Shown: positions 1 through 9,761, numbered from the stretch's first letter. The stretch is DNA of 52,635 bases from a virus (IMGVR_UViG_3300035670_000287:1-52635); one strand, 5' to 3'. A program made the numbers and translations. Notes: generated from the sequence alone by a model not told the origin.

Positions 1-127
1 GATACAGATACAGCAAAGACAATGTCCAGGATAGACCTTGATAGAGAGATGAATAAGTTTGCCGTTGAAGAACAAGGTAAGAGGAATCAACTTCAAAATG
101 AACAGTGGGAAAGGCAACAGGCCGCTA
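1..127. repeat. Terminal direct repeat (assembly overlap), identical to 52509-52635; circular or circularly permuted genome
   Basis: Exact match of first and last 127 nt; the ORF starting at 51705 continues in frame across the junction. Confidence 0.95.
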
Positions 128-228
128 TTGACTCAGAACTTAGTCAGTACTTTAGGAACTATATTGGCGGATTAAAAGATTCAAAACAAAAAGAAAAAGC
201 TACGAGCCTGTACGGAACATATTTATAA
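22..228 (+). CDS. 3' part of the junction-spanning putative ejection/internal virion protein (starts at 51705, ~343 aa in total)
   Basis: Position 22 corresponds to 52530, in frame with ATG 51705; I found no stop in between. Confidence 0.85.
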   Translation: MSRIDLDREMNKFAVEEQGKRNQLQNEQWERQQAAIDSELSQYFRNYIGGLKDSKQKEKATSLYGTYL

Positions 229-237
229 GGAGTAACC

Positions 238-879
238 ATGGATTATCAACCACTTAACAACACAAACCTAGGTCAGTCAGACCTATTCAATAAAATGATG
301 AACCAGTTAGCCGCTGGAGGCTTTGCTGGAAAGCAAGCAAAGGTCATGGGGACAGAGGCTTCCTATCAGGCAGACTATGAGAGAGAACAAGCCAAGGCTG
401 GCAGAGCCAAGAGACTAGACGAATTAAATCAGAAGATAGCGGGGATAGAAGACGCCCTTGACCCAGGCAAATTCCAACGAATCAGAAAAGCTGATGGTGG
501 GTATGACTTTTTAGATGGAGCAGGAAAGCCTATCACGGTTGAGGATTACTCAGCAGCTAAGAAGATTGATAAGGGAGAAGCTCTAAAAGATTCAAGAAAC
601 TATCAGGACATAGTCTTTCTAAGAAACTATAACGCCACCATGGACTTACTTGACGGATACTACAACCAAGACGAAGACAAGGTAAAGAAGATAACCAAGC
701 AGTTAGCTAAGGGCGGAGTTGATGTGGCACAGATTATGCCTAAAGATGTAATCGCTGCTCTTTATGAACAGTTTCCCCAATACTTTATGACCGAGTCACA
801 AAAGAGAGACTTAGAAAAAGCCCAAATGCAAAGACAGGGCGAAGGTTTCTATGATAATTTAAGTAAATGGGTTCAGTAA
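238..879 (+). CDS. Putative internal virion/ejection protein
   Basis: AGGAG RBS; helical Q/A/K-rich sequence; position between tail genes and lysis genes. Confidence 0.6.
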   Translation: MDYQPLNNTNLGQSDLFNKMMNQLAAGGFAGKQAKVMGTEASYQADYEREQAKAGRAKRLDELNQKIAGIEDALDPGKFQRIRKADGGYDFLDGAGKPITVEDYSAAKKIDKGEALKDSRNYQDIVFLRNYNATMDLLDGYYNQDEDKVKKITKQLAKGGVDVAQIMPKDVIAALYEQFPQYFMTESQKRDLEKAQMQRQGEGFYDNLSKWVQ

Positions 880-880
880 A

Positions 881-3574
881 ATGGGCAAGTTCACCCTAGA
901 TTTTATCGAAGCACTAACCAATAGAGTTGCTGGCAACGACGAGAAAAAAAAGAGAGTAGCCAGTACTATTAACGATTTTATTGGTGGGGTGGACAGAACC
1001 GTAAATCAGCCAAAAAAAATGCTAGGTAATACTGTACTTGACCTGTCAATTAGACCAGTCGCTCAACAAACAGCAAGGGCACAACACGCTATATATTCCA
1101 AGCAAGGAGACGACGCTCATCGAGGCTCAGATACCGCCTATATCCCCCAGAACTCTATCGAGAAGTTTATTATGGGCAATGAACCCGTTAAGGCATGGGG
1201 AGGAAAAGGCAATACCCAGAAGAAAGGTATGTCTGACTTTTTACAGTCGTCTTTGGGCGTTGATAGTAAATATGCTGATGACATTGCCTATCCGCTAGTG
1301 ATTGCTGGTGCTGGGTTGGACTTTCTGCCTGGTGGAGGGAAGAAAAAGGGAGCCCAAAAAGCTCTAGGGGCAGCCGATGATATGGTAGATATAATAAAGG
1401 TAATTAAAAAGAGATTCCCAGATGTGACTGATGATGTAGCCGAACAACTAGCCAGAAAGTATGCTCCCAAAGCCGATGAAGTGGTAGAAACCGCAGGTAA
1501 GCTCCCCCAACCTACCAAGGGGGCTAAGAGTATAGAACCAGAAATAGGAAACACGGTTAAAACTAAACCAGGGATACTGGGAGATGGAGAATATAAAGTA
1601 GTTAAAAAAAATGGAGACACTTATACGATAGTTGGCTTATCAGAAAAAGGTAATCTCAAAAAAACTGCGTTTGATGTTTCCAAAGATGATATCGACGTAA
1701 CCATAGGGGCTAAAGTAGATGAAGTGGCGGGAACTGACCCAGAGAAAATCCTCGCAGAAGCTATTAGAAAAGCTAAACCAGTGGCTCAAGAGACAGAGGA
1801 GCTCCGTAAGGTAGAAAAAGGGACAAGGGCTGGTAGAGCGGAAGATATTTTAGATAGCAACCTATCAGGTAAAGAATTAGAAAGGGCTTTTAAGGGGTCG
1901 TTTAAGGGAGAATACGCCAAGAGACCAGACTTCAACCCCATTATAGATGAGATAGGAGAGGACACTGCCCAAACCCTAAAGGAAACAAGGATACTCAAGA
2001 ATGAAGCCTTACAACAATTTGAAAAACTAAACGCCCTAAACGCCTTTGATAAGGTTATGGATGGACATAACCCCAATGAGAGCGAGCTTTATATACTAGA
2101 AAAGGCCTTTGGAGAGGCGTTCAATGAGCTTCCAGCAGCAAAAGAAATTGATAAAAAACTAAAAAAGTTTGTATCGGTGGTAAATTTTGGTAAAGCGTTC
2201 ACGACATCATTTGATATGTCCTCTTTCAGGCAGGGCGTATTTGCGTTATCTGGTCATCCCACAAGAATACCTGGATTTTTAGCCGATAACTTTAAGGGCT
2301 GGGGGCTAGGGAAGGGCGAACAAAACCTACAAGCGGCCGCTGACTCTTGGAAAAAATTAGAAAACTATAATCTTGTAAGAAAATATGTCGATATTACAGG
2401 CTTCGGCGGAAAAACAGAAGAGGCGTTTTATGGAGCAAACCTTGCAGAACAAGTTCCTCTGGCTGGAAAGCTCGTAAGAGCCTCTGAGAGGGCTTATTCT
2501 TTGTCGCTAACCAATTTAAGGGTTAGGCTGGCGGATAGAACGTTTGCCGATATGAAGAAAGCAGGCCTAGACCCAATAAGGGATGCCAAATATTTTGAAG
2601 CCGTGGGCGATACGTTTAACTCTGGAACTGGAAGAGGAAAATTCGGAGAACCATTCGCTAGAATTATAGGGGCATCTGGCAAGAAAGGCATGAACGAAGC
2701 TCAAACAAAAAGACTGGCAAGTAATATTGAAAAACTTGCTAACACTGGGCTCTTCTCATCAAAACTTATTGCCGCCAGGATGTCTCATTTCAACCCCAAG
2801 AACTATCGACCGTCAAAAGTAGGAAAGTTTGCCGCCAAGGAAAAGTGGCAGGAGCTTCTCGGTTTTGTCGGGTTTACTGCTGGATTAATAGCAACGGTTA
2901 AAATAATAAAAGAAACAACAGACGCAGATATTGACGTAGAGACAGACGTGAGAAGTTCTGATTTTGGAAAAGTAAAAATTAATGGCACTACAAGGCTTGA
3001 CTTTACTGGAGGAGAGGCTGCCTACGCCAGGGTTTTAGGACAATTTATTAGCGGTAGTAAAAAAGATTCAGAGAGTGGAGAAATAGAGAAGTTGGGAGTG
3101 GGATATAAACCACAAACAAGACCAGGGGTTGTTGGAAATTTCCTTAGAGGAAAAACATCTCCAGCCCTAGGAAGTGCCCTTAATCTGGCGTACGGTAATA
3201 ATGTGGTTGGCGAGCCCTCTTATTTAGGAAAAGAATTTACGGGATTTTTCTCCCCCCTATACGCAAAAGATATCGGAGACCTCTTCATAAAAGAGGGATT
3301 TTCTCCAGACCTCATCCCTCTGTTGATGGCTGGTTTCTTCGGAGCAGGAGTACAAACTTATGGGAGTGACGAAGAACAGGCAAGTAGGGAAGACGCTAAA
3401 GACAAGCAGGAAGACTACCAAGAGGCAAGCTGGAGAGACGAACCGCTAGGCAAGGCATCATATAACGCCTTTGGTGATATGTGGTTTACTGAGGATATGA
3501 TAGACAAACTAAAGGGTCGTTCTAGCAAGCCAGCTGGCGGGTATGGTTCGATTAATGAGTTTCTAGGTAAATAA
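881..3574 (+). CDS. Large internal virion/DNA-ejection protein (897 aa)
   Basis: Size, G/A/K-rich composition and last position in the ejection block, as in podoviruses. Confidence 0.65.
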   Translation: MGKFTLDFIEALTNRVAGNDEKKKRVASTINDFIGGVDRTVNQPKKMLGNTVLDLSIRPVAQQTARAQHAIYSKQGDDAHRGSDTAYIPQNSIEKFIMGNEPVKAWGGKGNTQKKGMSDFLQSSLGVDSKYADDIAYPLVIAGAGLDFLPGGGKKKGAQKALGAADDMVDIIKVIKKRFPDVTDDVAEQLARKYAPKADEVVETAGKLPQPTKGAKSIEPEIGNTVKTKPGILGDGEYKVVKKNGDTYTIVGLSEKGNLKKTAFDVSKDDIDVTIGAKVDEVAGTDPEKILAEAIRKAKPVAQETEELRKVEKGTRAGRAEDILDSNLSGKELERAFKGSFKGEYAKRPDFNPIIDEIGEDTAQTLKETRILKNEALQQFEKLNALNAFDKVMDGHNPNESELYILEKAFGEAFNELPAAKEIDKKLKKFVSVVNFGKAFTTSFDMSSFRQGVFALSGHPTRIPGFLADNFKGWGLGKGEQNLQAAADSWKKLENYNLVRKYVDITGFGGKTEEAFYGANLAEQVPLAGKLVRASERAYSLSLTNLRVRLADRTFADMKKAGLDPIRDAKYFEAVGDTFNSGTGRGKFGEPFARIIGASGKKGMNEAQTKRLASNIEKLANTGLFSSKLIAARMSHFNPKNYRPSKVGKFAAKEKWQELLGFVGFTAGLIATVKIIKETTDADIDVETDVRSSDFGKVKINGTTRLDFTGGEAAYARVLGQFISGSKKDSESGEIEKLGVGYKPQTRPGVVGNFLRGKTSPALGSALNLAYGNNVVGEPSYLGKEFTGFFSPLYAKDIGDLFIKEGFSPDLIPLLMAGFFGAGVQTYGSDEEQASREDAKDKQEDYQEASWRDEPLGKASYNAFGDMWFTEDMIDKLKGRSSKPAGGYGSINEFLGK

Positions 3575-3575
3575 A

Positions 3576-3842
3576 ATGAAAGAATTATCAAAACAAATAA
3601 CAAATGCGGAAGCGAGGTTTGCAGTGCTAGAGACACAGATGGCTCAGAACGAAGTCGACCACCAGACTATCTTAACCGAAGTCAGGCACAACTGTGCCGA
3701 GAACTCTAAGAGGTTCGACAAGTTAGAGGAATTGATTACGACAGCAGCCGAGAGCAAGGCTAACAAGTGGGTCGAATGGTTCGCCAAGTCCCTGATAGCG
3801 GCCATGCTTACGATAGCCGTCTACATGTTAAACAGATTATAG
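3576..3842 (+). CDS. Holin-like protein (coiled coil plus C-terminal TM helix)
   Basis: C-terminal hydrophobic helix; directly upstream of the endolysin. Confidence 0.5.
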   Translation: MKELSKQITNAEARFAVLETQMAQNEVDHQTILTEVRHNCAENSKRFDKLEELITTAAESKANKWVEWFAKSLIAAMLTIAVYMLNRL

Positions 3843-3871
3843 TTTACACATAGCGAAAAATTTGCTATACT
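3843..3871 (+). promoter_or_regulatory. Sigma70-type promoter for the lysis genes
   Basis: TTTACA-17 nt-TATACT with TG extension. Confidence 0.75.
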
Positions 3872-3896
3872 AAGGAAAACAGAAAGGGGGTGAAAA

Positions 3897-4310
3897 ATGA
3901 TAACTCTAAATCAATTTATCAACAAGTACATCTGGAAGCAGGTAGACGTTGATAACTATCCTAGCTGGGACAAAACACAGTGTGTTGATTTATTGAAGAA
4001 GTATTACCCCGAAGTTCTGGGAGTACCAGCAATAAGGGGAGACGGTGGAGACTACTTCGCCAATTCACCTTCAACTCAATTTAGAAAGATATACAATTCC
4101 TATTGGGCAATCCCTAGAGCAGGCGACGTTATGGTATGGAAGGAGACCTCCCGACTACCGTTTGGTCATGTGGCAATCGTCACTTCGGCCAATCTCTACA
4201 CCTTCACTTCTTTCGACCAGAACTGGCCAAGCCAGACCTCTCCCTGTATGTACGTTAAACATAAATATACTGGGGATTACCCCGTTTTAGGTTGGTTAAG
4301 AAAAAAATAA
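3897..4310 (+). CDS. CHAP-domain endolysin (catalytic domain only)
   Basis: QCVDL, PRAGDVMVW, GHVAIV and DQNW motifs. Confidence 0.9.
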   Translation: MITLNQFINKYIWKQVDVDNYPSWDKTQCVDLLKKYYPEVLGVPAIRGDGGDYFANSPSTQFRKIYNSYWAIPRAGDVMVWKETSRLPFGHVAIVTSANLYTFTSFDQNWPSQTSPCMYVKHKYTGDYPVLGWLRKK

Positions 4311-4323
4311 AAAGGAGACAAAA

Positions 4324-4515
4324 ATGTTACGCACGGTTTGGGAAAGATTAAAAAGTCCTGTCGTTATTATCCAACTGCTATCTATCCTTGGAGCAGTAGT
4401 AGTTGTGCTAGTACCTGGAATTGACTCATCGGTAGACAAGATAGTCGCAGCAGTTGCTGTCATCATCAACGTCTTCGCTGGGTTAAACAACCCGACGGAT
4501 AGGAAAAACTTCTAA
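4324..4515 (+). CDS. Holin (2 TM helices)
   Basis: ERLKSPV...LNNPT pattern, two hydrophobic helices, follows the endolysin. Confidence 0.8.
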   Translation: MLRTVWERLKSPVVIIQLLSILGAVVVVLVPGIDSSVDKIVAAVAVIINVFAGLNNPTDRKNF

Positions 4516-4537
4516 CAACTAGAAGTCCAAAACAAAA

Positions 4538-4675
4538 ATGAAAAAAGAATATGACGATTACGAGGTAGGAGCAGATATAACCCTGTGTGGCTGTATCGCC
4601 TACCTCTTTTTGTCTTTATGTGCATTTATTGCGTCTATTGCCTGGTTCTTTCACTGCTTCCAAATCTATTTTTAA
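4538..4675 (+). CDS. Small membrane protein (45 aa, not in ORF track)
   Basis: MKKEYDDYEVGADITLCGCIAYLFLSLCAFIASIAWFF... Confidence 0.45.
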   Translation: MKKEYDDYEVGADITLCGCIAYLFLSLCAFIASIAWFFHCFQIYF

Positions 4676-4761
4676 CTCGGCTTCGGTGGGGGGTAGCTAC
4701 AATCGATTGCCCCCATCGGAGAAATCCGAGTTCATTAAAAAATAGCAACAGAGGAGGAGTG

Positions 4762-4908
4762 ATGTATGGCTGGGACAGGCTCCTGATGCTTCTAGGCTTG
4801 GTCATCCTGTCATGGCTGACCGTCTACGGCATCTGCTGGGCAATCTACAAGACCCTTCAGTGGGTCAACGACTACTTGGACAACTTCGTTCTCAACCCGC
4901 AGTGGTGA
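4762..4908 (+). CDS. Small membrane protein (48 aa)
   Basis: GGAGGAG RBS before ATG 4762; one TM helix. Confidence 0.6.
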   Translation: MYGWDRLLMLLGLVILSWLTVYGICWAIYKTLQWVNDYLDNFVLNPQW

Positions 4909-4988
4909 GCCATGGAAGGGATGCATAACATCTTCATTGCGGCAGCCTACGCTGTCTGCTTCATCGTTCTCATCGTAGAGCTGGTGAA

Positions 4989-5201
4989 GTGATGTTCGGA
5001 ACATACCATATCTTCGTTTTCAGGGGGAAGGCACTCACCTTTATCGAGTGTCCGTCCTGTGGGCATCTGACCCACATCCCTGGAAGGCTCAAGCCCAACA
5101 AGGCCAGGCACTGCTTCGGCTGTGACCTGGAGTTCATCGAACCCACAACGAGGGTGGGGGTGAAGGTCTATGAAGTCCACAACGCTGATAGTGGTCTATA
5201 A
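4989..5201 (+). CDS. Zinc-ribbon protein
   Basis: CPSC...CFGC. Confidence 0.6.
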   Translation: MMFGTYHIFVFRGKALTFIECPSCGHLTHIPGRLKPNKARHCFGCDLEFIEPTTRVGVKVYEVHNADSGL

Positions 5202-5340
5202 CAAGCTGGTTGTGACTGCGACCTGCCCCTACTGCCACCGCTTCATCTGCATCGACGACCAGCTGGTTCTGTTCTACTGGTGCCCCGCCTGCAAGCATGC
5301 GTTCCTGCCCTACAAGACACCGCTGAAAGTGGGGTGGTGA
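5170..5340 (+). CDS. Zinc-ribbon protein (56 aa, not in ORF track)
   Basis: MKSTTLIV...CPYC...CPAC; stop overlaps the next ATG. Confidence 0.6.
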   Translation: MKSTTLIVVYNKLVVTATCPYCHRFICIDDQLVLFYWCPACKHAFLPYKTPLKVGW

Positions 5341-5591
5341 TGGAAGACAATATTGATAACTACTTCCTGCCACTCAACTCTACTAGAAAGGTACTCATCG
5401 CTGTCTTTTTCCTAGACGGTGAGTGCGAATCGGAAATCAACCAGATGGTCAGGGCAGTCATCGGTGGGCTGGTTCACTCTGGCTTCTACACCGATGCTCA
5501 GAAGTTCGGCTTCACCTACAACGAGTCAACCGTCAACATCTACAAGGAAGTCCCTATCTTTGACGTTTGGGGACATCTTCATTCCTGCTAG
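5340..5591 (+). CDS. Hypothetical protein
   Basis: ATG 5340 coupled to upstream TGA. Confidence 0.55.
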   Translation: MEDNIDNYFLPLNSTRKVLIAVFFLDGECESEINQMVRAVIGGLVHSGFYTDAQKFGFTYNESTVNIYKEVPIFDVWGHLHSC

Positions 5592-5599
5592 GGGGAGCG

Positions 5600-5836
5600 A
5601 TGGTCTGTCCCGTCTGCCATAAGGACGACAGTGTTTCTTCTGAGCACCATTTTTGGTGGCCGAAGAAGAAGTACCGCAACACCATCAAGAGAGCTCATCG
5701 GATGATGCTTCACCCGAAGTGTCACCGAGACTACCACGACTTCTACCTGCGTCACTGCCACCGTGAGACACGGCAGTGCGAGAAGCGGTTCGTTTGTCAC
5801 TACTCCAGTGTCTGTTGCTATTATGCTGGCCGTTAG
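5600..5836 (+). CDS. Cys/His-rich protein, minimal HNH-like
   Basis: GGGGGAG RBS; CPVC..EHH..HPKCHRDYH. Confidence 0.5.
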   Translation: MVCPVCHKDDSVSSEHHFWWPKKKYRNTIKRAHRMMLHPKCHRDYHDFYLRHCHRETRQCEKRFVCHYSSVCCYYAGR

Positions 5837-5920
5837 CCAGCCAAAGTCGGAGGGCTAGTTAAGAGCGGGTTACCACCCGAACCCTGGCTAGTCCTCCACC
5901 ACCCTTAGAAAGGAGGGGAA

Positions 5921-7066
5921 ATGAAAGAGGAAAAGTTCGAGTGGACAGAAGAACGCAAGTCCTTCCTCGTCAACTCAACTGATGAGGAGATGACAGCGTT
6001 TGTCTCCGAACACGGTCTCAAGCTCGAGTCTGTCTCCAGATTCCGCAGGAAACTGCGGAGGAGAGACGACCCGTCCAAGAAGACCAGGAAGTCACTGGCT
6101 CAGTTTCTGACCAGCGGCAAGCGGGTCTTTGAAATCGAGAACTACTTCGAGAAGAGCCTCGACGAAGTCTTGAAGGACATCCCTCAAGGCTACGAGCTCT
6201 TCCAGACCGTAGATGAGCACCACAACACCATCTACGTTCTCATCCCTGAAGTCCCCGTGGACTACGAACTGAAAGACAGGGCGTGGACTTACCGCTGGCA
6301 ACCCAACGGTCAGCCCTATCTCTGGATTCAGTTCCCCGACGACTTCAACGGCAGGAAGCTCAAGGTCGTCCCCATCGCTGACCTCCACGACGGCAACCAA
6401 GCCTGTAACATGGACAAGTTCCGTGAGTGGGTCAACTGGATTTCATCCAGAGAGGACACCTTCGCCTTCATCAACGGCGACCTGTTCGAGAACGCTCATG
6501 GCGACTCCAACCGTGGGGTGGCTATCTATGAGCAGACCACCCGACCTCGGGGTCAGCTCGATGAGCTGGTTCACATCCTCGCCCCTATCGCTCACAAGAT
6601 TCTCTGGGCTATCCCAGGTAATCACGAGGATAGGTCAAGGACAAGGGACTACGACCCGCTGGAGTGGCTCTGTGAGAGGCTGGGGATTCCCTACTCTTAC
6701 GAGCCCATCTACGTCGACGTGCTGTGGAAGGGATTCGTTTTCGACTTCTTCTGCCAGCACGGTAACACGGGTTCACAGACCAAGGGGGGCAAGATGAACG
6801 CCGCCTCCCGTCCTCAGAAGTTCCAAGAGCACGTTTGCTTCACGGTCATGGCTCACGTCCACGATGCCACCACCAACACTACGGTGCGTATCTGCCGTGA
6901 CAGGAAGAACTTCAAGCTCTTGGAGAAGAAGCAGTATGTCCTCATCTGCCCAGCGTTCCTGAGTTACTTCGGAAGCTATGCTTCCAAGCACCTCTACGAG
7001 CCTGGGGCTCAAGGGACAATCAACTGCGAACTGTTCGCCAACGGTGACTATCACCTGCGGGCTTAA
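5921..7066 (+). CDS. Calcineurin-like metallophosphoesterase
   Basis: DLH, GD, GNHE, HG and AHVH motifs; AGGAGG RBS. Confidence 0.85.
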   Translation: MKEEKFEWTEERKSFLVNSTDEEMTAFVSEHGLKLESVSRFRRKLRRRDDPSKKTRKSLAQFLTSGKRVFEIENYFEKSLDEVLKDIPQGYELFQTVDEHHNTIYVLIPEVPVDYELKDRAWTYRWQPNGQPYLWIQFPDDFNGRKLKVVPIADLHDGNQACNMDKFREWVNWISSREDTFAFINGDLFENAHGDSNRGVAIYEQTTRPRGQLDELVHILAPIAHKILWAIPGNHEDRSRTRDYDPLEWLCERLGIPYSYEPIYVDVLWKGFVFDFFCQHGNTGSQTKGGKMNAASRPQKFQEHVCFTVMAHVHDATTNTTVRICRDRKNFKLLEKKQYVLICPAFLSYFGSYASKHLYEPGAQGTINCELFANGDYHLRA

Positions 7067-7093
7067 CCCTGTGGGGGTGCAAAACGGCACGAG

Positions 7094-7393
7094 ATGTCGA
7101 CACCCCCACTTAACTTAGGAGGTATCGTGAAAGAAAGACTAAAATTCTGGTGTAAGTTCTGGGGCGTACCAGTCCCCAAGACCTACCGCATCCCCAAGAA
7201 AGGGATGGTTTCCAACGGCTACAAGAAAAGCTACAAGTTCTGTGGCTATTGTGCTGAGGACGACACCATCTACTACGAGGGGAAGCTGACCGAAGAAGCC
7301 ATCTTCCACGAGATAATCCACAAACGCTTTCCTGAAGCACCAGAGAGCGTAGTACATGGTCTAACTATAGCCTTCAGGGGCTGGCTATTCTAA
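7094..7393 (+). CDS. Putative HExxH zinc metallopeptidase-like protein (true start probably the downstream GTG after AGGAGG)
   Basis: FHEIIH motif. Confidence 0.5.
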   Translation: MSTPPLNLGGIVKERLKFWCKFWGVPVPKTYRIPKKGMVSNGYKKSYKFCGYCAEDDTIYYEGKLTEEAIFHEIIHKRFPEAPESVVHGLTIAFRGWLF

Positions 7394-7418
7394 AAGCCCC
7401 TTTAACTAAGGAGAAAAG

Positions 7419-7637
7419 ATGGACGATACACATAAAGAAAACTTAAAGCAATTATTAGAAATGTTCAATTATCAAGCCACCGCCAAGTATACCAAAGGGG
7501 TCGAAGAACACGGCGGCCACCTGTGGCGAAAAGGAGTGGAGTTCTTAATAGACGCCGCTTATGAAGAAGCGGTTGACCAAGTGATTTACTTGGGACAACT
7601 AAGACAGATATTAAATGGGATAGAGGGTGACAAGTGA
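7419..7637 (+). CDS. Small all-alpha nucleotide pyrophosphohydrolase-like phage protein
   Basis: KY.KG...EEAVDQVIYL pattern. Confidence 0.4.
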   Translation: MDDTHKENLKQLLEMFNYQATAKYTKGVEEHGGHLWRKGVEFLIDAAYEEAVDQVIYLGQLRQILNGIEGDK

Positions 7638-7831
7638 GTGGCTGGTTAGGGCTGATACTGCTAGTCACCAGCTACTTCTTTAAGGATAAATCCTTTTGGT
7701 GGCTACAACTGTTTGCTTGCTTCTTTCTGATAGTTCACGCCATCGACATTTCTGACCCAGTATATATCCTAGTGAACTCTATTATATTCTTTATTATTAT
7801 CTGGAGACTGTATGGTATACATAGCAGGTAA
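7634..7831 (+). CDS. Small 3-TM membrane protein
   Basis: Three hydrophobic segments. Confidence 0.6.
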   Translation: MSGWLGLILLVTSYFFKDKSFWWLQLFACFFLIVHAIDISDPVYILVNSIIFFIIIWRLYGIHSR

Positions 7832-8105
7832 GATAAGTGCCGACACCCCCGAAGAAGAAGAAGCCAACCTCAAACGTTTCTACGAGATAGAGAAAGAGTT
7901 CCTAGATGAAGGACTCGATGTCCACAACCCCGCTAGGTATAAGAAGCGAGGCAAGGTTTGGGAGCATTATTTGGCGATAGACTCAATTTTTCTGGTACGA
8001 AATCAACCTGATATGTTTTTTCTTAAAGGATGGGAGGAATCCCTCGGTGCGAGGCTAGAACACGAGATAGCTAAAAATTTGAAGCTAAAAATCTCTTACG
8101 AATAA
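7812..8105 (+). CDS. DUF4406 / nucleoside 2-deoxyribosyltransferase-like protein
   Basis: VYIAG...NPA...GWEESLGARLEHEIA. Confidence 0.75.
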   Translation: MVYIAGKISADTPEEEEANLKRFYEIEKEFLDEGLDVHNPARYKKRGKVWEHYLAIDSIFLVRNQPDMFFLKGWEESLGARLEHEIAKNLKLKISYE

Positions 8106-8107
8106 CA

Positions 8108-8136
8108 AAAGAGAGGGTGGTCGACCCCTCTCTTGT
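8108..8136. terminator. Hairpin between convergent operons
   Basis: AAGAGAGGG...CCCTCTCTT inverted repeat just after the stop at 8105. Confidence 0.55.
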
Positions 8137-8202
8137 AGAATGGTGCAATTTATTATATAGTATAGTAGCCAGGGGTCTTCCTCTTTTCTTCCTCTGGCAC
8201 TT

Positions 8203-8358
8203 TTATTCTAGCTCATCGAGTTTGGCCAAAAGGTCGTCTAGTCTTATAAGTCTTTTAACTTTTCCATCTCTAACAAAGTCCTTCATCTTTGTATATGCGA
8301 CCTCTTTCTCAGCCCACTCTCTTAACTCCTTGATTACTTCTGACCTAACAGCGTCCAT
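8203..8358 (-). CDS. Hypothetical protein (51 aa, not in ORF track)
   Basis: MDAVRSEVIKELREWAE...; start overlaps the upstream stop; GAGGAG-like RBS. Confidence 0.6.
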   Translation of the reverse strand: MDAVRSEVIKELREWAEKEVAYTKMKDFVRDGKVKRLIRLDDLLAKLDELE

Positions 8359-8720
8359 CATTCCTCCTCTAGCCTATCAAGGTACTTCTGCCCGATTTCA
8401 TCTAAGGCATCAGCATACCACTGATTGAACCCCTTGTCGTCCTTATGAGTTTCCTTGTAGTAGACGAACATCCGTGACCTCAATCTCTGGGATGGAGTCT
8501 TCTCCTTGTCGAAGGCGTCTACATTTTCAGCAGGGACGTCCTCTTCTTGGATATCCGATTCGGAGAAGACCATCCACCCCTCTTTTCGAGCCAGCTCGAA
8601 GACCTTAGTTTGTTCTTGCGGTGATAGCTCTCTAGTTACCACTGCTATTTTAATTCCACCATCGACTAATGTTTGTATCCCCTGTATCATGGCGGGGATT
8701 TGAAATAAGCTTTTACTCAT
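8358..8720 (-). CDS. Phage hypothetical protein
   Basis: RBS and coupled start/stop; KTPSQRLR pattern. Confidence 0.7.
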   Translation of the reverse strand: MSKSLFQIPAMIQGIQTLVDGGIKIAVVTRELSPQEQTKVFELARKEGWMVFSESDIQEEDVPAENVDAFDKEKTPSQRLRSRMFVYYKETHKDDKGFNQWYADALDEIGQKYLDRLEEE

Positions 8721-9025
8721 TTCTCCTCCTTTAATAAAGATTCTCCGTAGTAGTTGTGTGGTGGTGTCGGCCTCTTAACTCCACAACATACGCAGTAGTC
8801 GTTTAATTCGCTTCCATAATAACAACCGACAATTGAACAATTTCTTCCTTTCAAAAACTCGTGTAAATTGTGACCACCTAACAGCCCTTGGCGGTATTTT
8901 CCCATCGCCCTATAAATTTCAATAACTATCAAGGTCTCTAGGTCTGCCAACGGAACGTCGTGCTCCATCGCAAATTCTGTTATATCTGAATTTTTCATTA
9001 TTACTCCTTTAGAATGGGATGTCAT
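8717..9025 (-). CDS. Hypothetical Cys-containing protein (start probably at the internal MKNS)
   Basis: Coupled minus-strand operon. Confidence 0.55.
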   Translation of the reverse strand: MTSHSKGVIMKNSDITEFAMEHDVPLADLETLIVIEIYRAMGKYRQGLLGGHNLHEFLKGRNCSIVGCYYGSELNDYCVCCGVKRPTPPHNYYGESLLKEEK

Positions 9026-9374
9026 CGAGGTCTTCCTCTAGCTGTTCGGGGACTTTGACCTCATTAAAGTAATATCTTATATCCATACCTGTCTTACCGT
9101 TGGACTTGACTTCAAAGGTGGCTAGGTTGATATCAGATACCCCATCTTTAAAGACCGCCTCTAGTAGGCTGGAGAGCTGACCACTGCCTAAGTCTAACCA
9201 ACCCTTATCAGTTTCTACCTGATAGACCTTGCGTGCTCCGTTGAACCACTTGTCCTCTGATACCATCTTCTTAGTCCCAGCGTCCCACATCTTAAACTTG
9301 TAGCCCTCAACCTCTTCAACGGTAAAGGTCTTACCGACCAATTCTGATAGCTTTGTATATCTTTTATCTTCCAT
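9009..9374 (-). CDS. Single-stranded DNA-binding protein-like
   Basis: Beta-rich sequence with acidic C-terminal tail EEDLDDIPF. Confidence 0.65.
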   Translation of the reverse strand: MEDKRYTKLSELVGKTFTVEEVEGYKFKMWDAGTKKMVSEDKWFNGARKVYQVETDKGWLDLGSGQLSSLLEAVFKDGVSDINLATFEVKSNGKTGMDIRYYFNEVKVPEQLEEDLDDIPF

Positions 9375-9699
9375 TTATCTTCCTTACTTTCTCAGCCAGC
9401 TCACCTAGCGTCTTATTATAGTAACACTCCTCACACAAATCATAGACCGTACCGTTGTATACTCTTGTCATCTCTCCTGGATTGTTACATAGTATACATC
9501 CTGTTGCTGTTATCTCCCCCATAATCTCTATCTCCTTAGTTGCTTTACGTTTCTCGGCTAGGGGTACTTGGCTCTTAGGGACTCGCTTCCCTTTATATGT
9601 CCAAGTAATCCTGCCGTCTTTACCGACATTATACAGATACATGTTTACTCCTATGTGCTCTCCACGGGTGACCATCCCGTCTGTGACCCTCATAGGCAC
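9364..9699 (-). CDS. Hypothetical zinc-finger protein
   Basis: CILC...CEEC. Confidence 0.55.
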   Translation of the reverse strand: MPMRVTDGMVTRGEHIGVNMYLYNVGKDGRITWTYKGKRVPKSQVPLAEKRKATKEIEIMGEITATGCILCNNPGEMTRVYNGTVYDLCEECYYNKTLGELAEKVRKINGR

Positions 9700-9761
9700 A
9701 CTTCTGAGAGCAGTACTTAGTCCCTCTGTTCTTTATCTCTTTGCCACAGACCAAACACTCT

